Shown: positions 1-11,450 of the stretch, piece after piece
How positions within the stretch are numbered: the stretch's first letter is position 1
How the letters are laid out: each line of letters opens with the position of its first letter
NCBI GenBank assembly: GCA_951406725.2
Contig: OX597814.1
Span: 1,798,001-1,862,000, forward strand
Source of the DNA: Octopus vulgaris
Taxonomy: Eukaryota
Length of the DNA stretch: 64,000 nucleotides
Direction of reading: 5' to 3'
Program-made: the position numbers and the translations under genes
Notes under the pieces: generated by a model
The model's input: the letters and a program-made list of their open reading frames with translations, nothing else
The model's database searches: none
Told to the model about the DNA's origin: nothing

Positions 1-62
1 ACATACTCATACCAGTTCTCTGTTACTTCATATTGGTATTCACGGCATAAGAGCCAATGAAG
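1..62 (-). mobile_element. R4/Dong-like RLE non-LTR retrotransposon fragment (runs off window start)
   Basis: Minus strand reads LHWLLCREYQYEVTENWYEY; near-identical to 19677-19740, the region just upstream of the RPD endonuclease motif. Confidence 0.7.
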
Positions 63-88
63 CTACATAATCATCATCGTCGTCGTCG

Positions 89-123
<35 letters not shown>

Positions 124-184
124 GTTATTGTTATTAATATTGTTATTGTTATTGTTGTTGTTGTTGTTATTATCGTCGGAAGAT

Positions 185-384
185 AGATTTCCAGAACCGC
201 CAAGTGCGTCAGAGAATCTGCTTATCGGTATCTCTTCTGGCTCTCTACGTCCTGAGTTGATATTCTGTCAATACCAAAGTTAACTTTACCGTTCATCCTT
301 TTGGGATCGATAAAATATGTACCAGATGAGGAACACTTGAGTCAGTGAAATCGACTTAAGACCCAAATTCCAGGCCTTGTGCCT
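185..384 (+). mobile_element. SINE family B, degenerate copy
   Basis: Contains ttcatccttttgggatcgataaaatatgtaccag core and aaattccaggccttgtgcct tail seen in other B copies. Confidence 0.7.
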
Positions 385-389
385 CTTGT

Positions 390-551
390 GCAGGAGTGGC
401 TCTGTGGTAAGTAGCTTGCTTTCCAACCACATGGTTCCAGGTTCATTCCCACTGCGTGGCACCTTGGGCAAGTGTCTTCTGCTATAGCCTCGAGCCGACC
501 AAAGTCTTGTGAGTGGATTTGGTAGACAGAAACTGAAAGAAGCCTGACGTA

Positions 552-646
<95 letters not shown>

Positions 647-856
647 TTGTGTCTCTGTGTTTGTCCCCTCAACATCGCTTGACAACCGATGGTGGTGTGT
701 TTACGCCCCCGTAACTTAGCGGTTCGGCAAAAGAGACCGATAGAATAAGTACTAGGCTTCCAAAGAGTAAGTCCTGGGGTCGATTTGCTCGACTAAAAAA
801 AAAGGCGGTGCTCCAGCATGGCCGTAGTCAAATGACTGAAACAAATAAAAAGAGAG
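390..856 (+). mobile_element. SINE family A (tRNA-derived head, CORE-like ccttgggcaag motif, internal (TA)n(TG)n, LINE-like tail)
   Basis: A-box-like tggctctgtggt, B-box-like ggttcattcc, tail ggcggtgctccagcatggccgtagtcaaatgactgaaac; more than 12 homologous copies in the window. Confidence 0.9.
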
Positions 857-2014
857 TAATTAATCTTATTCGGGTGAAGAGGAAGATTTACGCGATGCGA
901 GTGTGTGGCGTTGATGCGTTTCTCAGTAACCAGACAGACGTAAATGAAACTGCTAGGAAATGGAAACGAAACCGCCATACGTCCATCACAAGTCTTCGTA
1001 TTCTATATCGACACAGTTCTGCCGTTGCTAATGCCAGTAACGATGCTTAATTAAAGATTTCTCTGGAATATCATCTGTGATTCGCTACTTTAATTCTTCA
1101 CATCATAACTTGCAGATAGAGATTGCTTTGGCCAGTTTAACCTCTGACATCCTGACATCTCTGTCACGCTGACAATTACATCAAAAGCAATAAACATGAG
1201 ATGCTTTCTGACTTTCGGTTCCAACGTCCTCCACCCCCGACCCGTTACTCTATCTTCTCCCCAGTCCACCCCACCCCTAAACACACTTTCAACGGTTTCT
1301 CAGTATCACCATTTTTTTCTTTTTCTCTCGCTCTCTCTCTTGTTTTTTTTTTTTTCGTTTTTCTAGCTCTAGCCGCAACTCTCGCTGTTCTCGTTGACAA
1401 CTTCTTTAAAACCAATTCCATTCCGAATAAGCGGCAAAATGGCACCGATCCGTATTTCGGAGTCGTCGGCAAGCGAGAGAGTGTTTCTGATTAAAGAACT
1501 GGCATTGGCCGTGTCTTCTTCCGTGCTGACTTGCTTGCGTTGAACGTAATTCCGTTTGGCGGACGATAAGCAGCGAGCGAGATGAAATGGGGAGCGGGAC
1601 GTAATGAGTCTGAGGGAGGCGAGTGTCGTCTGCTCAGTAATGTCGTCTGACAAATACAAATGAAACATCGCTAAAACATTGACACGTTCACTAATCGATG
1701 GAAACACTCGCAATCAGTGTTTGGCAAGGAACAAACGCCCTCCTGGGTTCGGGGCAAACAACAACGCTACCAGCCTCGTCGCTGCTGCTGCTGTTGCTGT
1801 TGTTGCCGCTGCTGCTGTTGCTGCTGTTGCTGCTGCTGTTGTTTGGTCGTGCTGCCATTTTGCTTTTTAAAATAAATATTGTTTGTTTTTTCCTTCTCTA
1901 TTTTTGCCTTGTTTGTCTGTTTGCTTGTTTTTTTTTATCTTTGTTGATATTTTGTATTTTAAAACTTTGCTTCTTGTTGTTGCTGTTGTTGTTGTTGTTG
2001 CCGTTATTTTTGTT

Positions 2015-2045
<31 letters not shown>

Positions 2046-2167
2046 AAGGAGAAATGAAGAGGCGAAAAGGGCGAAAATAATAACAGGGTAAAAAAAGGAA
2101 GAAAGAAAAGATAAATCTCTCAGAGTGAATTGTGGTAGCAGGGAGAGGGAGAGAGAGGTGGGGATAT

Positions 2168-2220
<53 letters not shown>

Positions 2221-2735
2221 GAGATAGAGAGAGAGAGAGGGGCACGAAGTCGAGGAAGAGGAATGTTACAGAATAAAAACGTGTGAAGGAGGAAGAAGAG
2301 GCAGAAGCGGAAGGTAAAGGTTTGTTAATAAGTTAAAGATGGGTGAGGATGATGATGATGATGATGATGATGATGGTGATAGGAGGAGGAAGGGAAGGAG
2401 GAAGAGGAGGTATAATGAATAGGTTATCGACGGAATTGGGAAAGAGCAGTATTAGCAATAATTAGGGACGGTTTTCTTTTAAATTTAGGTGTGAAGTGTG
2501 GTGGTGGCGGTGGAAAGGGATTTTTGTTGTTGTTGTTGTTGTTATGGAGGTATGGTGATAAGAAATAAGGCTTGGAGGAGGGAGAATGTTTGGAGGAGGA
2601 TCATGATGGTAGTAATGGTGGATTTGATAGCATTAGTTGGTTGGCGATGGCGGTTGTTGTGTGTGGGGGGGGGTTGAGATTTTGGGGGTTGTGTTGTTAC
2701 TAGAGTTGGAGGTGGGAGTCATTGATTGTGTTTAG

Positions 2736-2897
2736 GGCGCAAGGCATGGCGGTGTGGTAAGGAGTTTGCCTCCTAACCGCATGGCTCCAGGTTCAGTCCC
2801 ACTGTGTGGCACCTTGGGCAAGAGTCTTCTGCTATAGCCTCGGGCCGTTGAAATCCTTGTGAGCAGATTTGGTAGACGGAAACTGAAAGAAGCATGT

Positions 2898-2965
<68 letters not shown>

Positions 2966-3106
2966 CGTGGCTTTTTGGTAAGAAACTTGCTTCTCAACTT
3001 CATGGTCCCGGGTTCAGCCCCACTGCGTGGTACCTTGGGCAAGTGTCTTCTGCTATAGCCTCGAGTGGATTTAGTAGACGAAAACTGAAATAATCCCGTC
3101 GTATAC

Positions 3107-3163
<57 letters not shown>

Positions 3164-3396
3164 TATATATACATACATATAGATATGTATATATTGGTGT
3201 GTCTGTGTTTTTCCCTCCCCAACTATCGCTTGGAAGCCGATGTTGGTGTCTTTACGTCCCCGTAGCTAAGTGGTTCGGCAAAAGAGCCCGATAGAATATG
3301 TACTAGGCTTACACACAATAAGTCCTCGAGTCGATTTGTTCGACTAAAGGCGGTGCGGCCCAGAATGGCCGCAGTCTAATAACTGAAACAAGTAAA
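2736..3396 (+). mobile_element. Two tandem SINE-A copies (head-only 2736-2900, full 2963-3396)
   Basis: Two heads separated by (TA)n; the second continues through (CA)n to the A tail. Confidence 0.85.
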
Positions 3397-3750
3397 GGAA
3401 ACCCAGGATAGATCCTATTAAGCAGCCCTATAATCAAAGGCATTCCCTTCCATGACCATTCCATCCATCTCTCTTGTGTAACAAATCTAGGATGATGATT
3501 AACCAATGTAGTTTTCAAACTTCAAGACGGTGAGGTGAAATTTAAGATAGATTTGGTTGCTATTTCTAACAGGTCGAAGGAACATACAGAGACATCGTGG
3601 TGCAGATATTGCTGCTGCTGTAACTACTACTGCTGCTGCTGCTGCTGGTGATACTCCTTCTGGTACTGGTGGTGGTATAAACTTTTGATAATGGCAGATT
3701 TGGTGGACGAATAAGTATGGAGTGCTCAACAAGAAAGAAGAGCTTATCCT

Positions 3751-3891
3751 CACCACCACCACCACCACCACCACCACCACCACCACCACCACCACCACCA
3801 CCACCACCACCACCACCACCACCACCACCACCACCACCACCACCACCACCACCACCACCACCACAACAACCACCACCACCACCACCACCAC
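3751..3891. repeat. (CCA)n microsatellite
   Basis: Near-perfect caccac run; source of the poly-P/T/G/V ORFs. Confidence 0.98.
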
Positions 3892-4129
3892 TCAGTACTC
3901 TTAAGTTGCGCGTTTCCGACAATTCTGTTGGTAATCCGAGCTTGTTTGTTTTCTTAAATCATTTGGTATTTAAACATACTTAAAAGATTATACGAAAGTT
4001 ATGAGGAAAATGTTTATCTTTATATTAAAAAAAAAAGAAAAAACCCTAGAAAACTGTTGCGGGCGACGCGTTCAAAAACGGCTGTTTTGAAGCCCCCTTT
4101 TTTCATTTCATTTCTGGGTCTCCAAACAT

Positions 4130-4324
4130 ACTCTTACTCTTTTACTCTTTTACTTGTTTCAGTCATTTGACTGCGGCCATGCTGGAGCACCACCTTTAGT
4201 CGAGCAAATCGACCCCGGGACTTATTCTTTGTAAGACCAGTACTTATTCTATCGGTCTCTTTTTGCCGAACCGCTAAGTGACGGGGACATAATCCCACTA
4301 GCAATACTAGGGGGACAAACACAA

Positions 4325-4361
<37 letters not shown>

Positions 4362-4524
4362 CATATATACGTCAGGCTTCTTTCAGTTTCCGTCTACCAA
4401 ATCCACTCACAAGGCATTGGTCGGCCCGGGGCTATAGCAGAAGACACTTGCCCAAGGTGCCACGCAGTGGGACTGAACCCGGAACCATGTGGTTGGTTAG
4501 CAAGCTACTTACCACACAGCCACT
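4130..4524 (-). mobile_element. SINE-A
   Basis: Reverse complement of the A consensus, tail to head. Confidence 0.9.
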
Positions 4525-4579
4525 ATGCAAGCCAGGTCTCTTCTTAATAACTTTATCCGTGAAACCGCATTGCTATCTC

Positions 4580-4989
4580 TTATCTTTTGCTTGTTTCAGT
4601 CATTAGACTACTGCCAAGCTGGAGCCCCGCCTTCAGGAATGAGTCGACCTCATTCCCTCTTTTCTTCCTTTTAGCCTGGTACTTATTCAATCGGTCTCTT
4701 TTACTGAACCACTCAGTTACAGGGACGTAAACACACCAGCACCGGTTGTCAAGCGATGGTGGCGAGGGATTGGGGCAAACACACAACACACATATAAGCA
4801 CGCACGCACGCACGCACATATATACATATACGACGGGCTTCTTTCAGTTTCCGTCTACCAAATCCACTCACAAGGCTTTGGTCGACCCGAGGCTATAGTA
4901 GAAGACACTTGCCCCGGGTTCCACACAATGCGACCGAACCCAGAACAATGTGGTTGGGAAGCAAGCTTCTTACCACACAGCCACTCCTT
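4580..4989 (-). mobile_element. SINE-A
   Basis: Reverse complement of the A consensus. Confidence 0.9.
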
Positions 4990-5028
4990 GGGTAATATTT
5001 AAAGTAGTAATTTGAATAAAATTCTAAA

Positions 5029-5407
5029 GGCGTAGGAGTGGCTGTGTGGTAAGTAGCTTGCTTACGAACCACATGGTTCCGGGTTCAGTCCCACAGCGTG
5101 GGCAAGTGTCGTCGGGCCGACCAAAGCCTTGAAAGAAGCCCGTCGTATATATGTATATAGATATGTATGTGTGTTTGTATGATATGTATGTGTGTTTGTA
5201 TATAGATATGTATGTGTGTTTACGTCCCCGTAACTTAGCTGTTCGGAATTTGATTGTTTTCCATACTTACAGTTGAAAGAGTCTCAATGATCGAAACCGG
5301 TACTGAAATGTTTTTTTAGAATAAGTACTAGGCTTACAAAGAATAAGTCCTGGGTTGATTTGCTCGGTCAACTGCTCCAGCATGGCCACAAAGAGTAAAA
5401 GAGTAAA
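5029..5407 (+). mobile_element. SINE-A, multiply deleted/mosaic copy
   Basis: A head and tail with several short internal deletions and a foreign 60-nt insert at 5248-5307. Confidence 0.8.
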
Positions 5408-5974
5408 TATCTTAACAAAAATATTTCACAAATAAGTATGGATGTGTACACCTGTATGTATGTGTGTGTGCGTGTGCGCGTGCTTGCGTACGTATAAACA
5501 AAAGTACACCGCATTACGGATTTGAAACTACCGTTCCTATATGTTTGTACCTTATCTACAATCGAGAACGCAATTTTGAATTCGTGTGGGCACGTTTCCC
5601 GTATTTGACAAATCGGTAGCGGAGTTTTTAAACATTTTTTCCATCAGGGCTTGCAAAAGAATATTTGTGCTTATAAAATCGATTATTAAATGGCTACTCA
5701 GTTGCTTCAATATATATTTTAGGTTAATCTTTGCTATATATTTCTGCTTCAGGATTGTATATCATCAACTTTTCCGAACAATCGTCATCTAGTGGGCAAT
5801 TCTTACGAAGTCTAAGGTTGCAATACAGTAGTGTTGTGCGTATATTAATGAATTAACATTGCCAGCGCTTGCACAGTTATACAAATAAAGCAGTCCAAAT
5901 GTAGTTCAGACAACACGTGTGTATAGCATTAATAACTCCAGTTTCTCTTCTTTATATGGACAAATATGAGCTGG

Positions 5975-6020
5975 CGGTCCCTGAGGAGGTATTAATAAGC
6001 GCCGAAACTTGGTAGATTAA
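5975..6020 (+). ncRNA. Minimal type I hammerhead ribozyme-like motif (degenerate)
   Basis: CTGAGGA(5981)-GGT..GCC-GAAA-C-TTG-GTA; stem I imperfect. Confidence 0.45.
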
Positions 6021-6078
6021 TCTAATTTTTTTTAAATGTCGCTTTTACAGTGGTGCTTAAATGTTTGCGTGCATGCGT

Positions 6079-6133
<55 letters not shown>

Positions 6134-6267
6134 CTGTGTGTTGTTGAGCTGGTGCAAGTTGTGTTTATAAACAAACATGGACAGTCTGTGAAATTGGAGC
6201 GAACATAGCAGGAAACAAATTGGTGTTGTGTTGTGTATGGGTTCATATTGGGGAAACTCGATGGTTG

Positions 6268-6311
6268 GTTCATTCGAAGTTACATCATTAATGATGTAAC
6301 TTCGAATGAAC
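6268..6311. repeat. Perfect 44-bp palindrome
   Basis: gttcattcgaagttacatcatt|aatgatgtaacttcgaatgaac. Confidence 0.95.
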
Positions 6312-6767
6312 AGAAATTCTAGCTCTGAAACAATGATGAAAGCGTAAACACATATAACCGCTCAACATGCGATCGTATATAGACCACATACCTGCATGCA
6401 TAGTCACTCACCATACACGAATATACACACCGTACTCAACATACAACCTCATATAAACACATAAATCTATACAGAAATCCACGGGCACATATAAGCATAG
6501 ATGAACGCATGCACACACACATATATACACTTACGTGTTCACAGGCAGACATAGTTATGTATATATATGTGCGCGCGCGTGTGTGGGTATGCGAGTGTGT
6601 GTATGTTACATATTTCTATACACAGGTTGAAACATAAGTGCTTGCTGTTTACTTACGAAGAGAATGTTACGTATATATAATGTCTACGCATGTAGAAAGA
6701 CACACAACTACATGCATACACGCACACACACGCACACACACACATATACATATATTTATATATATGC

Positions 6768-6807
<40 letters not shown>

Positions 6808-7133
6808 GTGTATGTATGTGTTGTGAATATGGGTGTGCGCTGTTAATGTTTGCCAATCTCTATAAACACTCACCATTATGCAGCCCCATTTTCTCAGTGG
6901 TGGTCTGATATATATACACAGCAGCGGTTTGATGTATATAGACTTACTAGAGTTTTGATATATACACTTGCCAGTGGTCTCCTAGCAGTCAGACCGATCA
7001 AGGTAAACAAAACGTGATAAAATATAAGAGGTGTATTTCATTGTAATTATATACACATAAATACAGACATTTTCACAGGTTTGTACATACATAAATACGT
7101 AAATACATACATATACACACACACATATATACC

Positions 7134-7190
<57 letters not shown>

Positions 7191-7527
7191 GTACATATAT
7201 ACATGTAAATATATATACATATATATATATGTATATATATATTTATATATATATGTGTGTGTAGATATGTATGTATGTGTGTGAATGTGTGTGCATAATT
7301 TTATACAACGAAATATGTCTAGTTTTGCTGTAAAACAATTATGGCGTTATAATCACGTGATATATCATGGTGGATGAAACCAAATATTTTGACTAGTCAA
7401 GTTTTTTGCATCTTTTCCTCGTAGTTATATCTACACATACGCTCTCATTTCGACAACGTGTATCATATATATATACATATATACATACATACATACATAC
7501 ATACATACATACATACATACATACACA

Positions 7528-7647
<120 letters not shown>

Positions 7648-8178
7648 GTACGCTTTCAATACGGTAAATAGTATAGATGAAATAATTTGTAATTCAAAAC
7701 ATTTTCCCTACCGTACTATAAACGCTTAACTTCGGCGAATATAAAAGGACGCTGGTATCAAGTTCATAAAACCCCTAAGACTTGGTACCCGAACAATACG
7801 TCTTTTTACAGAAATTGTGCTCACATCACATGACAGCATTGTGAGTCAATTTTTCTCTCTAATTCTTCCTGCCTTATTTAATATCATTCCAAAAGAAACC
7901 AAAGAAAATCAAAGAAAACACCATAATATTTATACAGTACCTGGAGAAATTCCGTGAAGAAATACCAGAAAAAATAAACACCACCCAGATACATCTCGGC
8001 AAGCAACAACTTTCTCTATATGTAGGCTATCGGGTCTCAAAACCATGGCGTGCCTGTGTAGTAAGAAGTTTGTTTCAGAACTACGGGTTCAGGGTTCAGT
8101 CTTACTGCACGGCCAACTTGGGCAAATGTCTTCTACTTCCAGGGTTCAGTGAAATATTTTTGTATAACATAGATAAAT

Positions 8179-8304
8179 TAAGAAATGGAGTCAAATACAA
8201 GTGTCATTCAAACCATTTATACTTCCAACATATGTTTCGAGAAAGCATTATATATTGGAAGTATAAATGTCTTGAATAACACCTGCGTTTGACTCCATTT
8301 CTTA
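8179..8304. repeat. Fold-back element (~50-bp arms)
   Basis: taagaaatggagtcaaa...tttgactccatttctta; inner left arm on minus strand reads cGAAACATATGTTggaag. Confidence 0.85.
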
Positions 8305-8309
8305 CAAGA

Positions 8310-8500
8310 TTAAACAATAGAGACAGAGACAGGTAAAAACAAGGAAAATGCCCCATATTCTTTAAAAAAATTTTCATCTAATTTTCCCAACATTTGATTG
8401 TTTTCCATACTTACAGTTGAAAGAGTCTCAATGATCGAAACCGGTACTGAAGTGTCTTTTATAAAATTATTTTAGCATTCTCTACCTTGATATTTTTCTT
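8310..8500 (+). mobile_element. ~190-bp hammerhead-bearing repeat (family G, Penelope pLTR-like)
   Basis: Homologous to 39678-39885 (-); motif cag-TTGAAAG-agtc-tcaat-gatc-GAAA-ccgg-TA-ctg at 8414-8449. Confidence 0.7.
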
Positions 8501-8539
8501 CTCATATATATATATCAACTCGTGTGTTCCTTTTCAACC

Positions 8540-8601
<62 letters not shown>

Positions 8602-8845
8602 GTATGTATGTATATATGTATGTACACACTCACACACACACTTATAAGCATATATATTAATACATATAAATATAGGTAAGTTATGAGGGATCTCTCCACA
8701 GGTCTTTCAAAATTTTTTTATCGCAACAGTTAGTATTTATATTCTGTTATAATTCTTATGCAATAAGAATTCAGAGATGTATTCTGTTGGGTTATTCCAA
8801 ATAGATAACCTTTAGCCAAATAGATTTCCTGGAGTTTTTAATATA

Positions 8846-8863
<18 letters not shown>

Positions 8864-8938
<75 letters not shown>
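8864..8938. repeat. (AAT)n microsatellite (run begins ~8846)
   Basis: Pure aat run flanking element E. Confidence 0.97.
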
Positions 8939-8939
<1 letters not shown>

Positions 8940-9663
8940 GCCCATCCCGCTCAAACGGTCCCTGAATAAGGGTTGTTTAAGGATGTTGAAAGAACCACCC
9001 ATGTTTCCAGAGGTGAACTATTCAAACCCCAAAGAATCCCTCTCAACACATGGCTATGATGCACCTCCACTACTTCTGCTCGTGATCAGAGATGCACATA
9101 TCGTCAGCCACTAAGGGACATGCTCAACTGGTTAAGGTCAAACAACTGACAAGCAAATCTGTGGTATTGAGCAGAATATTTGCTGTAGCCCATCTTTTAT
9201 ACCATGGGCTACAGCAAATATTCTGCTCAATACCACAGATTTGCTTGTCAGTTGTTTGACCATAACCAGTTGAGCATGTCCCTTAGTGGCTGACGATATG
9301 TGCATCTCTGATCACGAGCAGAAGTAGTGGGGGAGCATCATAGCCATGTGTTGAGAGGGATTCTTTGGGGTTTGAATAGTTCACCTCTGGAAACATGGGT
9401 GGTTCTTTCAACATCCTTAAACAACCCTTATTCAGGGACCGTTTGAGCGGGATGGGCTACTCAACCTGAAGAAAATTCTAACTGGGCCCCACCTGCAAGG
9501 TCATGTGCTGTTTATCTTGATATGAGATCACCATGTCGCGCACATATGGTTGTGATGCATGTGCCTGGTGTACCTTTATCAGACGTGTAGTCATGATGGG
9601 TATATTGGGCTTCGTATATTTTACCCCAGTGTCACTTTGATGGCATGAACTGCTCTCTCACTC
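8939..9663 (+). mobile_element. Element E, 5'-truncated copy (9204-9663) preceded by an inverted duplicate (8939-9203)
   Basis: Homologous to 35895-36439; ends ctctctcactc(aat)n; ~255-bp fold-back. Confidence 0.9.
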
Positions 9664-9742
<79 letters not shown>

Positions 9743-9764
9743 TTTGTTTTAATAATGTTTGTTT

Positions 9765-10600
9765 TAATACTTTCTATGTAATCTCAGGGTTTAAAACAAA
9801 CATAATTTTCGGTTTTCCTTTTTTTTAGACATTCACTAGTACAACACTAAGTACAAAACCAAATATATGGCACCCTAGGCATAACAACAACATGAACTTC
9901 CAACCTGTTGTCAACAGGCATGATAGAGCTGCACAATATATTCACTGGGTAATTTGCAAAAACCTGGATTTGCCCCATGAAAAAAAACTGGTGGGAACAC
10001 AATCCACCTCCAGTGCTTGAAAATGACCACATCTCACTCCTCTGGAACTTCACCATTCAAACTGACAGGAAGATAGATGCAAATAGGCCAGACATCATAT
10101 TGAAAGACTTCAGACAAAGAACATGCCTCCTCATTGATATGACTGTCCCAATCGATATAAACGTATCTGTCAAGACCTACCAAAAACTGAGCAAATATAA
10201 AGATCTTGAAATAGAAATCAGCAAAATGTGGAAGCTGAAGACTAAAACAATACCTGTTGTCATAGGTGCCCTGGGAATGATAGCGAAAGGGACTGATTGC
10301 TACCTAACTCAGATACCAGGAAACCCCATTATGGCAGAAATTCAAAAGATAGTGCTCATGGGAACTGCTCATATCCTACTCAAAATACTCTCTATGTAAT
10401 CCCAAGGTTTAAAACAAACTTTTTATTTATTTATTTATTATTATTTTTTCATGTATTAGACATTCACTAGTACAACACCAAAAAAAAGAAGAAAAAAACC
10501 CCCAAATATATGGCACAGAACTTCCAACCTGTTGTCTCTTGAGGTCTCTGGGTGAGACTTGGAGCCAACTTGTACAGACATAAAGCAAAAGTCAAACATA

Positions 10601-10601
<1 letters not shown>
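9765..10601 (+). mobile_element. R4/Dong-like RLE non-LTR retrotransposon 3' fragment
   Basis: RHDRAAQYIHW..NWWEH..RPDIIL..IDMTVP..KLSKYKDL..IPVVIGALG (restriction-like endonuclease domain); stop at 10399; 3' UTR ends in (AAT)n; one frameshift near 9980. Confidence 0.92.
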
Positions 10602-10680
<79 letters not shown>

Positions 10681-10704
10681 GTAGTAGTAGTAGTAGTAGT
10701 AGTA

Positions 10705-10756
<52 letters not shown>

Positions 10757-10791
10757 GGTGTATGATGAAGTAGCATTTCATGAGTTTTAAT

Positions 10792-11001
10792 TTACATTTT
10801 GATTTAAATACTGCTTACTAGTGACCAACACATGTTTCCACTACATCGGTTAGTAAATGTTCTATTTGCAACTTTGCTATAAAACCCGTGTAGTTTCTGC
10901 AGGGTCTTCACTGTAATATCCCTTCAAACTGAACTGTTTAGAGTTGTAGTGGAAACATATGTAGGTCGTCTATATTAAGCTGTATTTAAATTAAAGTGTA
11001 A
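10792..11001. repeat. Fold-back element (~55-bp arms)
   Basis: ttacattttgatttaaatac..catgtttccactaca / tgtagtgGAAACATATGTAggtc..gtatttaaattaaagtgtaa. Confidence 0.8.
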
Positions 11002-11151
11002 TGTATGCAGGTATATGTATGTATATATACCCGCACATACATACATACATGCATATCTACCTACCTACTTACCTACCTACCTACCTACCTACCTACCTAC
11101 CTACCTACCTACCTACCTACCTACCTACCTACATACATACATACATATATT

Positions 11152-11450
11152 GACCTCCATCGTCATGACTGACCATGGGAATTGTACCTAGAAAGTTAGC
11201 CTCCCAGGCACAAGTCCGGGCAAGGTTGTTTATGGAAGACCAGCAGTCGTACATGCATACCAGCCTCCCCTCTCCACACCACAAGTGTTATCCAAGAGAA
11301 AGGCAAAGGCTGATACAGCTTGGCACCAGTGACGTCGCAACTCATTTCTACAGCTGAGTGAACTGGAGCAACGTGAAATAAAGCCTGGTCCGGGAATCGA
11401 ACTCACAACCTCACGATTGTAAACTCGATGCTGTAACCACTGAGCGCCTT
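11152..11450 (-). mobile_element. SINE family D (head shared with C, different tail)
   Basis: Minus strand: tRNA-like head gagttcgattccc, then tttatttcacgttgctccagttcactcagctg; homologous to 21085-21330 and 30355-30562. Confidence 0.85.

Noticed and set aside
286-675. Recurrent peptides such as [18 protein letters not shown] and RPRKDERQSRPRWNLN
   Set aside because: Chance translations of SINE-A and SINE-B; recurrence reflects repeat copy number.
1369-1713. 114-aa ORF in unique sequence
   Set aside because: Non-ATG start, no recognisable domain, no convincing splice signals.
3573-3688. Possible plus-strand exon after tttctaacag
   Set aside because: Frame is mostly trinucleotide repeat; no donor or homology evidence.
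9290-9400. CTGACGA ... GAAAC in element E as a hammerhead
   Set aside because: No stem II closing both boxes and the triplet would be GUG, which is not cleavable.
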